64,000 nucleotides of DNA, from the sequence record SRR22947727_1573; one strand, given 5' to 3'. The notes under the pieces were generated by a model. That model was not told the origin of the DNA. It saw only the letters and a program-made list of their open reading frames with translations, and ran no database searches. Shown here in pieces: positions 62,858 to 64,000 of this stretch; the stretch's first letter is position 1; each line of letters begins with the position of its first letter. Made by a program: the position numbers and the translations under genes.

Positions 62858-63586
62858 GCGGGCCGCGCGATACAAGCGCTCAACCAACCGCTTTCGGGCG
62901 GAGGGCAATGCCCGATCCCCCAGGGATGGCGCCAACCATTTCTCCAAAAAATACCCAGTAGTGCGCAGCCCTTCGGCAATCTCGCCATTATCCGCCACAC
63001 TTTGCCCGATCATACAGGGCACCAGTGGCAACAGCTGTGTCTTCCAGCGCCCCGCATGATGTGCCGCCACAGCCCGGCCGGATTTTGGCGACACATAAGC
63101 CAGATCCTCAGTCGCCCCAGACACCGCGCAACAGCTGAGATCCAAACCAAAGCCCAAATCCTCCAACAGCTGCATTTCCCAGTGTAAATAGGCCAATGGC
63201 CAAGCCTCTGTAACGCAAATCAAATCCAAAAGATTGATCGAGGCGCTATAGAGTGCCCCATGCACCTCGCGCTCGGGTAAGGCAAAGCTCAAAAGCCCAA
63301 CAACAGATGTCAAACCGGCCAAGGCCAAAGGATCCGCCATGACCTGCGCGGCCCGGCTGCGCAGAGGTTCAACCGTAAATGCGCCCATATGCTCTTCAAG
63401 CCTGGCCTTCCAGACCACCTCAAATTGACCCCCAGGCTGCAACATAGGGGCTTGCTTGCGCCCAGCGCCACCGCGCACAACACCCGCGTGTTTTCCATGA
63501 TATTCTGTGAACACCTCAACGATGACGGCCGCTTCACCATGCTTGCGCACGGCCAATAAAACCCCCTCATCCCGCCATTCTATCAA
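62819..63586 (-). CDS. recO: DNA repair protein RecO
   Basis: [29 protein letters not shown] and [10 protein letters not shown] motifs. Confidence 0.93.
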   Translation of the reverse strand: MIEWRDEGVLLAVRKHGEAAVIVEVFTEYHGKHAGVVRGGAGRKQAPMLQPGGQFEVVWKARLEEHMGAFTVEPLRSRAAQVMADPLALAGLTSVVGLLSFALPEREVHGALYSASINLLDLICVTEAWPLAYLHWEMQLLEDLGFGLDLSCCAVSGATEDLAYVSPKSGRAVAAHHAGRWKTQLLPLVPCMIGQSVADNGEIAEGLRTTGYFLEKWLAPSLGDRALPSARKRLVERLYRAARLDQRPSGEANHE

Positions 63587-63689
63587 AACATAGACCCCAA
63601 CTCACATTCGACAGGGATAGATCAGCCCCGCCTAGGCCCAGACTATCCAGACGCTTGAATAATGTTAAGCGTTTTGCCGCGGCCCATCG

Positions 63690-64000
63690 CTATTCGCTCA
63701 AGCCGGGTTCATCGAGCAAATGACGGCCAAGCCGGTCTTCCACTTCAATCACCCAAAGGTCAGGATCAAAGCCCCGCTGGCGGGCAATCGCACGGTCCAA
63801 ATCAGCCTCATCGCCCGAAATCAGCTCAACCCAATTGCGCGCACCGCTTTGTAAGTCAAATGAGCGCTGAAAAACGATGCCCTGCCCATCCAAAAGGTTG
63901 AGCTTGACCAAAACCGCCCCCGCCGTGGCGTCTCCGCGCTGAACCACGAAGGCCGGGATATCCGCAAGGCGCAGGCGCGTGAGATAGGCAGAGACCCAAA
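63690..64000 (-). CDS. DUF1491 family protein (5' end outside the window)
   Basis: RGDATAGAVLVK and FDPDLWVIEVEDR motifs; usual position upstream of recO. Confidence 0.85.
   Translation of the reverse strand, partial: WVSAYLTRLRLADIPAFVVQRGDATAGAVLVKLNLLDGQGIVFQRSFDLQSGARNWVELISGDEADLDRAIARQRGFDPDLWVIEVEDRLGRHLLDEPGLSE

Overview
64-kb chromosomal window from a marine Rhodobacterales/Roseobacter-type alphaproteobacterium (inferred from gene content and protein style, not from a marker gene). The left third is housekeeping: nadD, ettA, cspA, gltX, nadE, a MORN protein, leuA, mreBCD-mrdA-rodA, nhaA, kpsT/kpsE and tRNA-Gln. The accessory-rich middle holds a CoA-transferase/aldehyde dehydrogenase/SELENBP1-like SBP56/ferredoxin/CoA-binding block, glnK-amtB, partial hpa and pca aromatic catabolism, a ChvI/ChvG-like system flanked by small membrane proteins, pit, the Kdo genes and katG. 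The right part holds a broken outer-membrane protein gene, an acyl-CoA catabolic island (ACAD10/11- or Lva-like kinase plus dehydrogenase, pim-like beta-oxidation genes), qor, lysE, recO and a partial DUF1491 gene. Items found by reading outside the ORF track: a Leu-rich leader peptide before leuA, a 25-aa membrane peptide, a 58-aa protein, a homopolymer frameshift in kpsE, a doubly inactivated porin-like gene, a gene remnant with a CtrA box, and several operator palindromes. No CRISPR array, rRNA, integrase or transposase was seen. All family calls come from motif recognition by eye; no searches were run.
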